Translations under genes and position numbers: made by a program
Source of the DNA: Methanotrichaceae archaeon
GTDB taxonomy: Archaea; Halobacteriota; Methanosarcinia; Methanotrichales; Methanotrichaceae
Assembly (NCBI GenBank): GCA_022865315.1
Contig: JALHSR010000285.1
Span: 1,626 to 65,625, forward strand
Length of the DNA stretch: 64,000 nucleotides
Reading direction: 5' to 3'
Part shown: piece by piece, positions 37,152 to 48,528 of the stretch
How the letters are laid out: each line of letters begins with the position of its first letter
Numbering within the stretch: position 1 is the first letter of the stretch
Notes under the pieces: generated by a model
The model's database searches: none
Told to the model about the DNA's origin: nothing
The model's input: the letters and a program-made list of their open reading frames with translations, nothing else

Positions 37152-39177
37152 ACCCGTAAAGATGAGTCGTGTAGTCGTCGCCGGGTCGAAGGACATTATT
37201 GAACCTGTTATCGAGAAGCTCCATGAGATTCGCTTGTTACATATTGTCAACTTTGATGGCAGCGAGCCTGGATTTGATCTTGGCAAACCTATCGGCAAAG
37301 CCAAGGAATATTCAGAGGATCTAATAAAACTTAGATCCATGTCCAGGTATCTAAATATTAAGGTAAAGGCGCCTGAGAAGACTTACCCTGAGTCGCAAGT
37401 CCAATCGGAAATGGATAACTTGCTAAATAGTGTAAGCTCCAATGTAATAGCGAGCTATGAGCGAATTGCTGAAATTGTTACCGAAATTAAGTTAAAGCAG
37501 GATCAGATTAAGGGAATCAAGCCTCTGGCGGTTCTGCCACTGCAATTGGAAGCATACTATGGTTATGATTCGTTAGCTGTTTTCGTAGGCACAGCAACTT
37601 CAGCAGTAGATGCTGATGTAGCAAAGGTTTCTTCTGTAAATGAGGTTTATTCCGCTGGCACTAAAGCCGGTACGGTTGTTGCAGTGTTTGTGCCCATTGA
37701 AAAAGCCAGTGAGGTATCTTCTGTCCTAGCTGAACACGGTTTTAGTGAAATATCGGTTCCAAGGATAGAAGGTAGCGTTGACTCGGCAATGGCCGCATTA
37801 GAAGCCGGAATCAAGAACCTTGAGAATGAGAAAGCTCCTCTTCAGAAGAAACTAGCTGATACGAAGAAACAATACGAGAATCTTATTCTGGCGACGGATG
37901 AGTACTTATCAATAGAAACTCAGAAGACCGAGGCCCCTTTGAGGTTCGCCGAAACGACCAACGCGTTCGTTATTGATGGCTGGGTTCCAAGCGATCAGTT
38001 TAACAGGCTAAAGAGTGATCTTGAAAGTGCTGCGGGTGGAAAGGTTGACGTCCAGTTGATCGACGAAAAAGAGGCTGAACACCTAGTGGAGCGCGGTGAG
38101 GACGTTCCAACCAAAATAGAAAATGCCAGCATATCTAGGCCATACGAACTGATTACGCGCCTATTCGCCATACCTGAGTATAAAGAGTTCGATCCAACGC
38201 TTTTGGTTTTCATATTCTTCCCGATCATGTTTGGCATGATCTTGGGAGACATGGGATATGGAATTACGATCCTAGTGGTCCTGCTCGCTTTAAAAAGGAA
38301 GTTCAGGACGCCTGGATGGCAGCAGCTTATCAATTTAGTGATTCTGGCTTCAATATGGTCGGTCATCTTTGGATTTCTTTTCGGAGAGATCTTTGGTCCG
38401 CTTGGTTTATGGGGGCCAATCTTTGGTAATTTGCCCGAAGCATCGATTATCAAGTTGGAAGAAGAGGGAATGTTCTTCGGCGAAGGTGTTTATGGATCGC
38501 TTGGTCGGGTTGGTCCGCTTGAGTGTTTCCCGTTATACAGGCTAGCTACAAATGCCGTTCTGCTGTTAATTGGTGTTAGCCTCTATATTGGCGTTATTCA
38601 TACGGGACTAGGGTCCATCTTGGGCATCAAGACTGAACTCAACTATGGTGAGAAAAAACATGCCTACTTCGAGAGGCTGCCTGTGCTTCTCTTCCAGGTT
38701 TCCTTTGCTCTGCTCCTCTTAGCCCTTGTCGTGGCTAATTGGAATCTAGTGTTAGCGGGCATTGCCGTCATAGTGATTTCGCTAGTAATGATGGTAATAG
38801 GACCCGAAGGAGTAATGGGTGCGACTCACGTGCCATTTTATGTAAGCAACTTGATATCGTACCTGAGACTTTTGGCAATTGGTCTGGCCTCAATTGGTCT
38901 GGCATTCGCAGCCAATCAGCTGGCGTTCTATGTCATTATGCCCATGTTAAGCGGTGGAGCGACAAATAGTGCAGAATTCACAACAGTTGCGATCGTTGTA
39001 GGTATTATTGTACTGGTGTTAGTGCACTTCATCAACTTGCTGCTGGGAATTTTGTCTCCATTTATGCATCCTTTGAGGTTGCATTATGTGGAGATGTTCA
39101 CAAAATTCTATAGTGCGCACGGCGGTGGAGTTGAATATTCGCCCTTCGGACATGTCCGAAGGTATCTGAAAGTATGA
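37144..39177 (+). CDS. atpI: A1AO ATP synthase subunit I (a-subunit homolog)
   Basis: MLRPVKMSRVVVAG start, a soluble N-terminal half and a polytopic C-terminal half with the conserved YLRLLAIGLAS segment. 677 aa. Confidence 0.92.
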   Translation: MLRPVKMSRVVVAGSKDIIEPVIEKLHEIRLLHIVNFDGSEPGFDLGKPIGKAKEYSEDLIKLRSMSRYLNIKVKAPEKTYPESQVQSEMDNLLNSVSSNVIASYERIAEIVTEIKLKQDQIKGIKPLAVLPLQLEAYYGYDSLAVFVGTATSAVDADVAKVSSVNEVYSAGTKAGTVVAVFVPIEKASEVSSVLAEHGFSEISVPRIEGSVDSAMAALEAGIKNLENEKAPLQKKLADTKKQYENLILATDEYLSIETQKTEAPLRFAETTNAFVIDGWVPSDQFNRLKSDLESAAGGKVDVQLIDEKEAEHLVERGEDVPTKIENASISRPYELITRLFAIPEYKEFDPTLLVFIFFPIMFGMILGDMGYGITILVVLLALKRKFRTPGWQQLINLVILASIWSVIFGFLFGEIFGPLGLWGPIFGNLPEASIIKLEEEGMFFGEGVYGSLGRVGPLECFPLYRLATNAVLLLIGVSLYIGVIHTGLGSILGIKTELNYGEKKHAYFERLPVLLFQVSFALLLLALVVANWNLVLAGIAVIVISLVMMVIGPEGVMGATHVPFYVSNLISYLRLLAIGLASIGLAFAANQLAFYVIMPMLSGGATNSAEFTTVAIVVGIIVLVLVHFINLLLGILSPFMHPLRLHYVEMFTKFYSAHGGGVEYSPFGHVRRYLKV

Positions 39178-39205
39178 AGTTAACAGAAAAGGAGGATTGA
39201 AGAAA

Positions 39206-39466
39206 ATGGCAGTAGAAACTATTACGGACGGTGGAATACTATACGGACTCATAGCTGTAGGTGCTGGCTTGGCAACTGGTCTTGCCGGTATCGGTGCGGG
39301 TGTAGGTGAGCAGGGTATCGGGGCTGCAGTAGTCGGCGTCGTGGCAGAGGAGCCCGGCTTCCTAGGCAAGGGTCTGTTCCTCATGCTGCTTCCTGAGACT
39401 CTGATCATCTTCGGACTTGCCGTCTCGTTGATCCTAATGTTCGCCTGGACACCCTTTTTAGTTTAA
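39206..39466 (+). CDS. atpK: A1AO ATP synthase subunit K (proteolipid c, single hairpin)
   Basis: Gly/Ala-rich helix 1 (GLATGLAGIGAGVGEQGIGAAVVG) and helix 2 with the ion-binding Glu (LLPETLIIFGL). GGAGG at 39191-39195 lies 10 nt upstream of ATG 39206; the listed TTG 39197 sits too close to the Shine-Dalgarno. Confidence 0.88.
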   Translation: MAVETITDGGILYGLIAVGAGLATGLAGIGAGVGEQGIGAAVVGVVAEEPGFLGKGLFLMLLPETLIIFGLAVSLILMFAWTPFLV

Positions 39467-39490
39467 AAAATGCGTAGCGGGTGAGAGGCA

Positions 39491-40039
39491 ATGGCACTAG
39501 ACGCAGTGGTTGAGTCAATACTTGCAACTAGCAAGGACAAAGTGACTCAGATAAACTCTGAAGCTGACCGGGATTTTGCAGGAATGCTCAAAGAAGCCAG
39601 AGAACGTGCCGCCGAAATCAAGTCTAGGAAAGAGGCAGAGGTAGGACATGCTATAGAGGCCATGGAGAGGAGGGAAATATCCAGCGCCAACTTGGAGGTA
39701 AAGAGAGCCGAGTTGAGCGTCCATAAGGACCTCTTGGAGCAAGCTAGGGTTAAACTCAATGAGAAGATCAAAGATCTTCCCAAGAAGGATAACGAAGCAA
39801 TGCTCAAAAAGCTGCTCGAGCCCTACAATCTCAAGGATATGAAAGTCTATTCCAATAAAGGGGATGAGGCTTTCGTATCCTCTCTCGTCCCTAATTATGG
39901 CGGGAACCTGGACATCACGGGCGGTGTAGTAGTCGAGAGCAAGGATGGGTCTTTGCGATACGATCTAACCTACGAGACACTTGCACGTGAGGTTTTCAGC
40001 GGCCAGATGAAAGAGGTCTCCAAGATCTTGTTCGGGTGA
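39491..40039 (+). CDS. atpE: A1AO ATP synthase subunit E
   Basis: 182 aa with a long charged N-terminal helix and a globular C-terminus, at the operon position after K. Confidence 0.85.
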   Translation: MALDAVVESILATSKDKVTQINSEADRDFAGMLKEARERAAEIKSRKEAEVGHAIEAMERREISSANLEVKRAELSVHKDLLEQARVKLNEKIKDLPKKDNEAMLKKLLEPYNLKDMKVYSNKGDEAFVSSLVPNYGGNLDITGGVVVESKDGSLRYDLTYETLAREVFSGQMKEVSKILFG

Positions 40040-41094
40040 GGACAATGCCGGTACTACGATTACCAAAATTCGGGAAACCGGTGAAGTACGCTTACATCAC
40101 GGGCAGGGTCAGAGCGATGAAGACTAAGCTTATTCCTGGTGAAATGTACCAGAGAATGATGGCTATGGATGTATCCGAGATCGCCAGGTATCTAGAGGAG
40201 ACCCAATATAAGGATGAGATCGACACTTTGTCAAAAGATTACTCTGGAACAGAACTTATCGAGCATGCGACATTCGCTAATCTGGCAAAGATTTACGGAA
40301 AATTGCTTGCAGTATCTATTGATGAACCGAGTTTTCTTATTCTGGAGTATTTGAGACGATGGGACATATGGAACATAAAGACTATATTGCGTGGTAAGTT
40401 CTACGGAGCCGATGAAACAGAGATTGCAAAGTATCTAGTTCCTGCCGGCGAGTTAAATATGGAGTATTTATCCGAATTGGCAAAGAAGGAGTCAATTCAA
40501 GAGGTCATTTCGGCCCTTGAAGGCAGCGATCTTGCCCCAGCGCTAGCTAATTATGATGGAAAGAGTCTTGCACCGATTGAGAACGCCCTTGACAAGCTTT
40601 ATTACTTCCGTATGGAAAGAGCAGTGGGCGGTACGCTATCTGTGGGTGGCGGCCTTTTGCTAAAGTATGTTCGAAAGGAAATCGACATAAAGAATTTGAT
40701 AACTCTTTTCAGGATGAATAAGGCAGGTGTTGAGGCCAGTATTATTCAAGAAAACCTCATCCCTGGCGGAAAGCTTTACGAAGATCTTAATCGTCTTGCT
40801 GGCCAGCCGTTTGGCGAGTTCCTCCGCAGCCTTGAAGGTTATCCCTTCTGGTCATCGATCTCTGATATTGCAACACCGGACATTGAGGCAATCAGTAGGG
40901 TCGAGGCCCGATTGAAGGCGTACCTAATTAGATATGCGTGGGCTCTTTCGAATTATCATCCGTTATCAATCCTGCCCGTGCTCGGGTATATGGTTAGCAA
41001 GGAGACTGAGGTTTCGAATATCAGGAAGATAGTCCGAGGAAAGGAGGCTGGACTTCCTGCTGAACTAATAGAGGAGCAAGTGGTGGTGGCTTAA
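40036..41094 (+). CDS. atpC: A1AO ATP synthase subunit C
   Basis: 352-aa helical protein with [16 protein letters not shown] near the N-terminus. It shows a 4-nt overlap with atpE. Confidence 0.88.
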   Translation: MRTMPVLRLPKFGKPVKYAYITGRVRAMKTKLIPGEMYQRMMAMDVSEIARYLEETQYKDEIDTLSKDYSGTELIEHATFANLAKIYGKLLAVSIDEPSFLILEYLRRWDIWNIKTILRGKFYGADETEIAKYLVPAGELNMEYLSELAKKESIQEVISALEGSDLAPALANYDGKSLAPIENALDKLYYFRMERAVGGTLSVGGGLLLKYVRKEIDIKNLITLFRMNKAGVEASIIQENLIPGGKLYEDLNRLAGQPFGEFLRSLEGYPFWSSISDIATPDIEAISRVEARLKAYLIRYAWALSNYHPLSILPVLGYMVSKETEVSNIRKIVRGKEAGLPAELIEEQVVVA

Positions 41095-41393
41095 TGGAGA
41101 TTGCATTTGTAGGTGATATTAATGCAGTCCTCGGATTTAACTTGGCGGGCATAAAGAAGGCCTATCCGACCAAGACCGATGAGGAATTGGTTTCTAAGAT
41201 TAACGATGTTATGGCCGATTCCAATGTGGGCATCCTGGTTTTAAAGCAATCAGATTATAATAGGCTACCCAAACGAATGCAGGGACAGCTGTCTGAATCT
41301 ACCCGGCCCACAATAATTTCCATAGGAACTGAGCAAAGCACTGAACTGAGAGAGAAGATTAAGAGAGCAATAGGTGTTGATTTATGGAAGTAG
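41094..41393 (+). CDS. atpF: A1AO ATP synthase subunit F
   Basis: 99 aa. [20 protein letters not shown] is typical of subunit F. It overlaps both neighbouring genes. Confidence 0.88.
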   Translation: MEIAFVGDINAVLGFNLAGIKKAYPTKTDEELVSKINDVMADSNVGILVLKQSDYNRLPKRMQGQLSESTRPTIISIGTEQSTELREKIKRAIGVDLWK

Positions 41394-43117
41394 TAGGATC
41401 TGTTAAGCGAGTTGCAGGGCCGGTTGTTCATGCCACAGGCCTGAAGGCGAACATGTATGATCTGGTCCTGGTAGGCAAAGAAGGGCTGATGAGCGAAGTC
41501 ATCGGCATTGCTGGAGAAAGACATATTATTCAAGTATACGAGGACACTTCTGGTGTCAAGCCGGGTGAGCCGGTAAAGGAGACTGGAGGGCCCCTAGTTG
41601 CACAGCTTGGGCCAGGGATTCTAACTACCATCTATGATGGCATCCAGCGGCCATTACCTCTGCTGGCAGAGAAGTCTGGAGACTTCGTAAGTAGAGGTCT
41701 CTTCGTTGATGGCATTGATCATAAGAAGAAGTGGGAGTTCATTCCGGTAGTTAAGAAAGGCGATATAGTCAAGCCTGGGCAGTCCCTGGGGCTGGTCCAA
41801 GAACAACTTTTGATCAAGCACAAGATCATGGTCCCACCAAGACACAAAGGTGGAACTGTAAAAGAGATTTATTCTGGAAATTTCACTGTGGACGAGACTG
41901 TATGCGAACTAGAAGATGGATCTAAGCTTACTATGCTCCAGAAGTGGCCGATCCGGGTGCCAAGGCCTGTAAACAAGAAGCTTCCGCCTAGCATACCTCT
42001 TAGAAGCGGGCAACGGGTCATTGACGGATTCTTCCCCCTTGCAAAGGGTGGAACTGCCGCAATTCCTGGCGGGTTTGGAACTGGGAAGACTGTCATGCAA
42101 CAGACCCTCTCCAAGTTTGCCGAAGTTGATGTTGTGATCTTCGTTGGTTGTGGTGAACGCGGTAATGAGATGGCAGATTTGCTCCATGAGTTCCCAGAAC
42201 TTATCGATCCGAAGACGGGCAGGCCTTTGATGGAACGATCCATAGTCTATGCCAATACTTCAAATATGCCTGTCGCTGCAAGGGAAGCGTCTGTTTATAC
42301 AGGTATTACCACAGCAGAATATTACAGGGACATGGGATATGATACCATGCTGACTGCAGACTCTACATCAAGATGGGCTGAGGCTATGAGAGAGCTCGCT
42401 TCGAGACTTGAAGAGATGCCTGGCGAGGAAGGATTCCCAGCTTATCTATCTGCCAGGCTTGCCGACTTTTATGAAAGGTCAGGAAGAGTGCAGACTCTTG
42501 GCGGTGAGGAGGGTTCCGTTAGCATCATAGGTGCTGTCAGCCCACCGGGTGGCGACTTTACAGAGCCTGTGACTCAGAACACATTACGCATAACGAAGGT
42601 CTTCTGGGGTCTAGATACAAGGCTTACTCAGAGACGTCATTTTCCCTCAATTAACTGGCTAGAGAGCTACTCGCTATACGAACAAGACCTTGAGCCATGG
42701 TTCACTGAGAACGTGGATGCAGATTGGGTCAAGAATAAGAGGCGGGCCATGGCCATACTTCAGGAAAATGCCGAGCTGGAAGAGATTGTGATGCTTGTCG
42801 GTTCTGATGCACTACCGGAGGAGCAACAGCTGACATTGGAAGTGGCCAGGATGATCATCAATTACTGGCTCGCACAGAGCGCTTTCCATCCAGTGGATAG
42901 TACTGCCACGTTTAAGAAACAGTTTGACCTGCTTGCTTCACTCCTTAAGTACAGAGACTATGCTTTCGATGCGTTGGCGAAAGGCGTACCTATAGATACT
43001 ATCAAGAGCACACCATCCAAAGATGCATTGGCCAAGATCAAATTGGAGGAAGACTATGTGCCGGTGCTGCAGAATGTGCTTGCCCAGATGGATGCCGAGT
43101 TCAAGGCCATGAAGTGA
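41384..43117 (+). CDS. atpA: A1AO ATP synthase catalytic subunit A
   Basis: Walker A GGFGTGKTV, the non-homologous insert region and PGEEGFPAYL. 577 aa, with no intein. Confidence 0.97.
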   Translation: MEVVGSVKRVAGPVVHATGLKANMYDLVLVGKEGLMSEVIGIAGERHIIQVYEDTSGVKPGEPVKETGGPLVAQLGPGILTTIYDGIQRPLPLLAEKSGDFVSRGLFVDGIDHKKKWEFIPVVKKGDIVKPGQSLGLVQEQLLIKHKIMVPPRHKGGTVKEIYSGNFTVDETVCELEDGSKLTMLQKWPIRVPRPVNKKLPPSIPLRSGQRVIDGFFPLAKGGTAAIPGGFGTGKTVMQQTLSKFAEVDVVIFVGCGERGNEMADLLHEFPELIDPKTGRPLMERSIVYANTSNMPVAAREASVYTGITTAEYYRDMGYDTMLTADSTSRWAEAMRELASRLEEMPGEEGFPAYLSARLADFYERSGRVQTLGGEEGSVSIIGAVSPPGGDFTEPVTQNTLRITKVFWGLDTRLTQRRHFPSINWLESYSLYEQDLEPWFTENVDADWVKNKRRAMAILQENAELEEIVMLVGSDALPEEQQLTLEVARMIINYWLAQSAFHPVDSTATFKKQFDLLASLLKYRDYAFDALAKGVPIDTIKSTPSKDALAKIKLEEDYVPVLQNVLAQMDAEFKAMK

Positions 43118-43129
43118 GGAGGATTCATA

Positions 43130-44530
43130 ATGACCAAGGAATACAAGACTATTAATGAGATTGCGGGGCCTCTGATCTTCGTAGAGAAGATGGAGCCTGT
43201 GGGGTTTGGTGAGTTAGTGGAGATCAGAATGTCGACTGGAGAGATGAAGAGAGGGCAAGTTCTGGATACTTCGGACGAGATAGTGGTAGTCCAGGTATTT
43301 GAGGGAACTGGCGGTCTCTCCAGGGCCAGCACTGTGAGATTCACCGGGGACGTCATTAAGATGCCTCTCTCTCCAGGTATAATTGGTAGGGTCCTCTCTG
43401 GATCAGGCAGGCCAAGAGACGGCGGGCCGCCAATAGTTCCAGAAATAGAAAGAGAGATAATTGGCGCAGCTATCAACCCTGCCCAAAGGGCAAAGCCTAG
43501 AGCTTTTATTCAGACCGGTATCTCCACAATTGATGGAACAAATACTTTGGTTAGGGGCCAGAAGCTACCTATCTTTTCTGGTTCAGGGCTTCCGCACAAT
43601 GATGTTGCTTTGCAGATCGCTCGGCAAGCCAAGGTATTGGGTGAGGCCGAAGCGTTCGCAGTGGTCTTCTGTGCCATGGGAATAACCAACGAGGAAGCTC
43701 AGCATTTCATGGCGGACTTCGAAAGAACGGGCGCCCTAGAGAGAGCTGTTATTTTCCTTAACCTGGCTGATGATCCTGCTGTAGAGAGGTTGCTCACGCC
43801 CAAGTTGGGTTTAACAACAGCAGAGTATCTGGCATTTGACCTGGACATGCACGTACTGGTTATTTACACCGATATGACAAACTATTGCGAGTCTTTGAGG
43901 CAGATGGGAGCGGCTCGTGAGGAAGTTCCTGGTCGGCGCGGTTATCCGGGATATATGTATACCGATCTCGCAACAAACTACGAGCGTGCAGGGATCATCA
44001 AAGGCAAAAAAGGATCAATTACTCAATTCCCCATTCTTACAATGCCTGGTGACGACATAACCCATCCCATTCCAGATCTGTCTGGATACATTACTGAAGG
44101 CCAGCTGATTGTATCCCGAGAGCTTCATAGGAAGGGCATCTATCCACCTATTGACATCCGACCATCTCTGTCAAGGCTGATGAATTCCGGAATCGGCAAG
44201 GGTCATACTCGTGAGGATCACAGGGCGGTCTCCGATCAGTTGTATGCCTACTACGCTGAAGGTTGCGATCTGAGGGGCCTAGCGGCCATCGTCGGCAAAG
44301 AAGCACTGTCAGAGCGCGATAAACTCATCCTGGAGTTTGCTGATCGATTCGAAAGGAGGTTTATCAATCAGGGCAGGGAGGAGGACAGGTCCATCATCGA
44401 GACCCTGACCATTGGATGGGATCTACTCTCGATGCTGCCTGAGACGATGTTAACGAGGATTGACGACAAATACATCAAAGTATACCATCCCAAATACGCA
44501 AGCGCGGCTAAGGCGGAAGAGAAGACGTGA
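43130..44530 (+). CDS. atpB: A1AO ATP synthase subunit B
   Basis: [15 protein letters not shown] start and the conserved [21 protein letters not shown] lies upstream. 466 aa. Confidence 0.97.
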   Translation: MTKEYKTINEIAGPLIFVEKMEPVGFGELVEIRMSTGEMKRGQVLDTSDEIVVVQVFEGTGGLSRASTVRFTGDVIKMPLSPGIIGRVLSGSGRPRDGGPPIVPEIEREIIGAAINPAQRAKPRAFIQTGISTIDGTNTLVRGQKLPIFSGSGLPHNDVALQIARQAKVLGEAEAFAVVFCAMGITNEEAQHFMADFERTGALERAVIFLNLADDPAVERLLTPKLGLTTAEYLAFDLDMHVLVIYTDMTNYCESLRQMGAAREEVPGRRGYPGYMYTDLATNYERAGIIKGKKGSITQFPILTMPGDDITHPIPDLSGYITEGQLIVSRELHRKGIYPPIDIRPSLSRLMNSGIGKGHTREDHRAVSDQLYAYYAEGCDLRGLAAIVGKEALSERDKLILEFADRFERRFINQGREEDRSIIETLTIGWDLLSMLPETMLTRIDDKYIKVYHPKYASAAKAEEKT

Positions 44531-44534
44531 GACC

Positions 44535-45224
44535 ATGGTCGTAATTAGAGGAACAAAGCCGACCAGAGCGGTTCTGATCGCCCTGCGAAGGAGGATCAAA
44601 GTAGCCCAGACCGGCCACGAGCTCCTCAAAATGAAGCGTGACGGTCTCATGGTCGAATTTTTTGAGGTGTTGAATAAGGCCAGGACTGTCCGCAAGGAAC
44701 TGGTGGATGCTCTGATCAAGGCTGAACAAAGATTGAACATAGCTAAAGCCACGGAAGGCACGGTGACCATTAACAGTGTGGCCTATGCACTGCAGAAAGA
44801 GCCCGCTATTGAGCTTTCCTCCAGAAACATTATGGGAGTAGTTGTCCCCAAGATAACGGCGGATTCAGTGCAGAAGAAGATATTCGAGCGTGGCTACGGA
44901 ATCATAGGTACAAGTTCGGCCATCGATGAGGCGGCCGATGCCTATGAGACTCTTGTAGACAAAGTCGTTATTGCTGCAGAGGTAGAGACCGTACTGATAA
45001 GGCTAGTAAAGGATATCGAGAGCACCAAGAGACGTGTCAACGCCTTAGAATTCAAGGTCATACCGGATATCAGGGATACCATCAGGTTTATCAGCTTCGC
45101 GCTAGAGGAGATGGACCGGGACAGCATTGTCAGGCTGAAAAAGCTTAAAGGAAAAGCCCAGAAACGTGCTAGAGCAGAGGAGGCTAAAAGGGCTGCTGAG
45201 GCTGTCGCCGCCGGAGTGGCTTGA
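44535..45224 (+). CDS. atpD: A1AO ATP synthase subunit D
   Basis: The MVVIRGTKPTRAVLIALRRRIKVAQTGHELLKMKRD start is typical. ATG 44535 lies 4 nt after the atpB stop. The listed start at 44460 would overlap atpB by 70 nt. Confidence 0.9.
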   Translation: MVVIRGTKPTRAVLIALRRRIKVAQTGHELLKMKRDGLMVEFFEVLNKARTVRKELVDALIKAEQRLNIAKATEGTVTINSVAYALQKEPAIELSSRNIMGVVVPKITADSVQKKIFERGYGIIGTSSAIDEAADAYETLVDKVVIAAEVETVLIRLVKDIESTKRRVNALEFKVIPDIRDTIRFISFALEEMDRDSIVRLKKLKGKAQKRARAEEAKRAAEAVAAGVA

Positions 45225-45252
45225 GCCACTCATCAACATTCTTTTTTTCGAA

Positions 45253-45444
45253 ATGCCAAACAAAATAAATAATTGGGTCGATAAGAAATCCGAAGAGTGG
45301 TTCGGAACGGCCGAGAAGAAGATGCGGTTGCTGCAGTATGGAGTTTATATTAGCAACATTTATGCATTTTTCGGAGTGATGTTCCTCATTTGGGTACTCT
45401 TCCATGAACAGTTAACTGAGATTTGGCTGAATCTAACTAAGTAA
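45253..45444 (+). CDS. Small hypothetical membrane protein (63 aa) downstream of atpD
   Basis: ATG lies 29 nt after the atpD stop, and there is one predicted TM helix (VYISNIYAFFGVMFLIWVLF). It occupies the position of the small ahaG ORF described downstream of ahaD in Methanosarcina mazei. I could not assess any sequence similarity. Confidence 0.3.
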   Translation: MPNKINNWVDKKSEEWFGTAEKKMRLLQYGVYISNIYAFFGVMFLIWVLFHEQLTEIWLNLTK

Positions 45445-45937
45445 GGCTAGCCAATTTGTTTGATAAAGGTTTCAATAGTTCCTTTTCATCTTGTCTATAC
45501 TCGCAGAATTATTAGCTATCGTTTAGGTTGAAGTAGATTGCTTACATTAGGCAAAAAATTCTTTACCAATTTGGCGAGTCATTCAAATCGCCTAATCCAA
45601 ATAATTGTACTCGTTGATGCTTAGATCCTGGTAGTCGATATTTGCTTAGTTTATAATATTTTACAAATCTTGACGCTTGAGAGTGTTATTTTGTCGCTAA
45701 TAGATCTCTTGCTTACCTTATAACTGCTTATTGAACAGCTGAAATAGAGCTATAAATGAGTTAATTAATCGATCAATGTGCATTTGTGCATTAAAATAGC
45801 GATTTCGAAAAATCCATTCAGTGAAACATAAAGCAATGATTAGCGAAATCCTGAAGGTTATTATATTTTGGGAGAAATGCCAGGAGGACCGAAATTCACT
45901 CATATAAGAAACATTTTAAAATAATCTGCAAATTGTT

Positions 45938-47071
45938 TTATTCAATCTCGGATGCAGCTTTTACATGTTTCAATTGAGCAATTCGATATCCAGTAACAAC
46001 TTGCCTTTTCCCGGATAATGTCTTATCGAGCTCATGATCGCTTGTATAGACCAATAGCTGCGTAAGCTCATTAAGTTTGTGAGGTGTGGATACAATAATT
46101 AAGTTCTCTGTGCCTATCCGCCGCAATACTGAAGCGCTTATTTGGGGTACTCCCCTCCCTAGAATAAAACCCTGGGCTCCTATTGGACTTACAATAATCT
46201 TGAATTTTTCCTCTGCATTCAATAGTTTTAGTAGGTCCCTCTCTGATGCATCTCTCAAGATCAGCTTCCCATTTTTGATAACATCTACGCCAAGCAAGGT
46301 CTTCTCTAATCCTAGGACATTGGCAATCTTGCTGGTGGTCGTTCCAGCTCCGAGAATGTATATAGAGCCATCTTGCATGAATTCTTTAGCGAAAAATGCT
46401 ATCTGATCTTTAAAACTCTCTTCACTATCCGATTGATAGATCCTCTTCCTTTCCTGAACTAAAACTGGCTTGTAAGGAGTCTTGGCCATTGAATATAACC
46501 TAGTTTCAAGCTCGCCTTGGCGATATTTTTCTTCATCGACATCCAAGATTTCGGTTTCTCTGGTCTTCAATTCTCCTCTAATATAGCCAATGGCCAAATC
46601 AGCTGCTGCTTCGGGACTAATTGCAAAAACGCCAGAATGCATCTTTACACCAGCTGGAATGCCCAATATTGGAATGGAATCTACAACCGAAGCCACGTCA
46701 CGGGCAGTCCCATCTCCTCCACAGAATACCGCTAGATGGGCGTGATCACGTATGAAAGCTTTACAAGTGGCTCGAGTGTCGTTAGCACTTGATGGCTCGG
46801 TGGCATGGTATACTATATTGAATTGCAGTTCGCACTCTTTCAAAACCTTTTCTCCCATCTGCCCGTTTGCTGCGAGGAATAAAAGATGGTCAGCGTGCGG
46901 TGCGATACGTTTTAGAAAAACCTTTGCTCTATCAGCAGCTATCGGTTTTGCGCCCATTGCCAATGCTTGATGGGAAAGTCCGTCGGTTCCTTTCAGTCCG
47001 ACGGTCCCACCCAAACCCGCTATAGGATTTATGAGAAAGCCGATTTTATTGAAATTTTGGCAGTTTAGCAA
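45938..47071 (-). CDS. ATP-NAD kinase-like family protein (COG3199-type)
   Basis: [23 protein letters not shown] and [12 protein letters not shown] (GGDGT motif). The only available start is TTG 47071, which overlaps the trpB2 end by 26 nt. Confidence 0.75.
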   Translation of the reverse strand: MLNCQNFNKIGFLINPIAGLGGTVGLKGTDGLSHQALAMGAKPIAADRAKVFLKRIAPHADHLLFLAANGQMGEKVLKECELQFNIVYHATEPSSANDTRATCKAFIRDHAHLAVFCGGDGTARDVASVVDSIPILGIPAGVKMHSGVFAISPEAAADLAIGYIRGELKTRETEILDVDEEKYRQGELETRLYSMAKTPYKPVLVQERKRIYQSDSEESFKDQIAFFAKEFMQDGSIYILGAGTTTSKIANVLGLEKTLLGVDVIKNGKLILRDASERDLLKLLNAEEKFKIIVSPIGAQGFILGRGVPQISASVLRRIGTENLIIVSTPHKLNELTQLLVYTSDHELDKTLSGKRQVVTGYRIAQLKHVKAASEIE

Positions 47072-48401
47072 GGGATTGCTTCACCAAATTTTCGGGATAT
47101 TCGTAATCCTCTAGCTTGCCATCAAAGAAAGCATCGTAAGCGCTTAGATCAAAGTGGCCATGTCCACTCAGGCATATTAATATGGTCTTGGTCTCTCCGG
47201 TCTGTTTACAGACCAACGCTTCATCAATTGCGGGTTTAATTGCATGTGCTGATTCTGGGGCAGGGATTATTCCCTCGCTTCTGGCAAAAATGGTAGCTGC
47301 TTTGAAGACTTCATTCTGTTGGAAAGCCATAGCCTCTATTACTTTATCGTGGACCAGGTTACAGAGCAGCGGGGCATCACCATGGTATCGCAGTCCGCCG
47401 GCATGTATTCCAGGGGGCACAAAATCATGGCCAAGAGTATACATTTTTAATATAGGTGCCATGCCAGCTGTATCTCCAAAATCGTAGGCATAAAGACCCT
47501 TAGTCAAAGTAGGACAAGCAGTGGGTTCGCAGGCTACCATAACAAGATCTTTCTTATCCTTTAATTTATCGGGTATGAATGGAAAACACATCCCTGGAAA
47601 GTTGCTACCGCCACCACAACATCCGAACATGATATCTGGATAATCATCAGCCAATTCGAACTGTTTTTTCAACTCAAGGCCTTCCACAGTTTGATGGAGC
47701 AATACGTGATTTAAGACAGAACCTAACGAGTAATTTGTGTCATCATGAGTTGCAGCATCCTCTACCGCCTCCGAAATTGCAATTCCTAGACTTCCTGGAG
47801 TATCCGGCATTTCTGCTAAGACTTTTCTTCCGAAGTTAGTTGTATCTGAAGGGCTGGAGATGCACTCAGCTCCCCACGTGCGCATCATGCTTCTTCTGTA
47901 AGGTTTTTGGTCGTAACTTGATCTCACCATATAGACCTTGCATTTCATATTGAAAAGACAAGTCGCGAAGCTCAAGGCTGAACCCCATTGACCTGCTCCA
48001 GTTTCGGTTGCCAATCTTTCAATGCCTTCTTTCATATTATAATAGGCCTGGGGAATGGCAGTGTTAGGTTTATGACTACCAGCAGGACTAACACCTTCAT
48101 ATTTATAATAGATCTTGGCAGGTGTTTTCAGAGAATTTTCTAACCTAGAGGCCCTATAGAGAGGTGTTGGCCTCCAGAGGCGATATATTTCGCGAACCTC
48201 CTCTGGAATTTCTATCCACCGCTCAGTATTCATTTCTTGCCGTATGAGTTCCTTCGGGAATATGAGTTGCATGTCTTCGGCTTTTAGGGGCTGGCCGGTG
48301 CCCGGATTCAAAGGGGGGTCGAGAGGAGTTATCAAATCAGCTGCAACATTGTACCATTTCTTTGGAATCTCCTCTTCGTCTAACAAAAACTTTATTTTCA
48401 T
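47046..48401 (-). CDS. trpB2: TrpB2-type tryptophan synthase beta-like PLP enzyme
   Basis: The long N-terminal extension ([12 protein letters not shown]) and [19 protein letters not shown] (PLP lysine) are hallmarks of TrpB2. 451 aa. Confidence 0.88.
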   Translation of the reverse strand: MKIKFLLDEEEIPKKWYNVAADLITPLDPPLNPGTGQPLKAEDMQLIFPKELIRQEMNTERWIEIPEEVREIYRLWRPTPLYRASRLENSLKTPAKIYYKYEGVSPAGSHKPNTAIPQAYYNMKEGIERLATETGAGQWGSALSFATCLFNMKCKVYMVRSSYDQKPYRRSMMRTWGAECISSPSDTTNFGRKVLAEMPDTPGSLGIAISEAVEDAATHDDTNYSLGSVLNHVLLHQTVEGLELKKQFELADDYPDIMFGCCGGGSNFPGMCFPFIPDKLKDKKDLVMVACEPTACPTLTKGLYAYDFGDTAGMAPILKMYTLGHDFVPPGIHAGGLRYHGDAPLLCNLVHDKVIEAMAFQQNEVFKAATIFARSEGIIPAPESAHAIKPAIDEALVCKQTGETKTILICLSGHGHFDLSAYDAFFDGKLEDYEYPENLVKQSLAKLPKFQ

Positions 48402-48528
48402 TTATTGATTCTCCTAATTTATCTATAATGCTATCTTTTGCGCACTGATGATACATCTCCATCTTTATTAAATCCCTTCGTGTCTAGATCCTATTATTAA
48501 ATGGGTTTAGAAAGAACATTTATTTATC

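Noticed and set aside
43054-43476. 140-aa antisense ORF across the atpA/atpB junction. Similar shadow ORFs occur at 37995-38453, 41869-42243, 44450-44770 and 49125-49703.
   Set aside because: All lie opposite highly conserved ATP synthase or LeuC coding sequence and have shadow-frame composition. I treat them as artefacts of the six-frame track.
45718-45903. 61-aa minus-strand ORF 34 nt downstream of the COG3199 gene, considered as a third gene of that operon
   Set aside because: It has no Shine-Dalgarno, shows AT-rich codon composition like the surrounding spacer, and has no recognisable motif. I kept it as a possibility only and did not annotate it.
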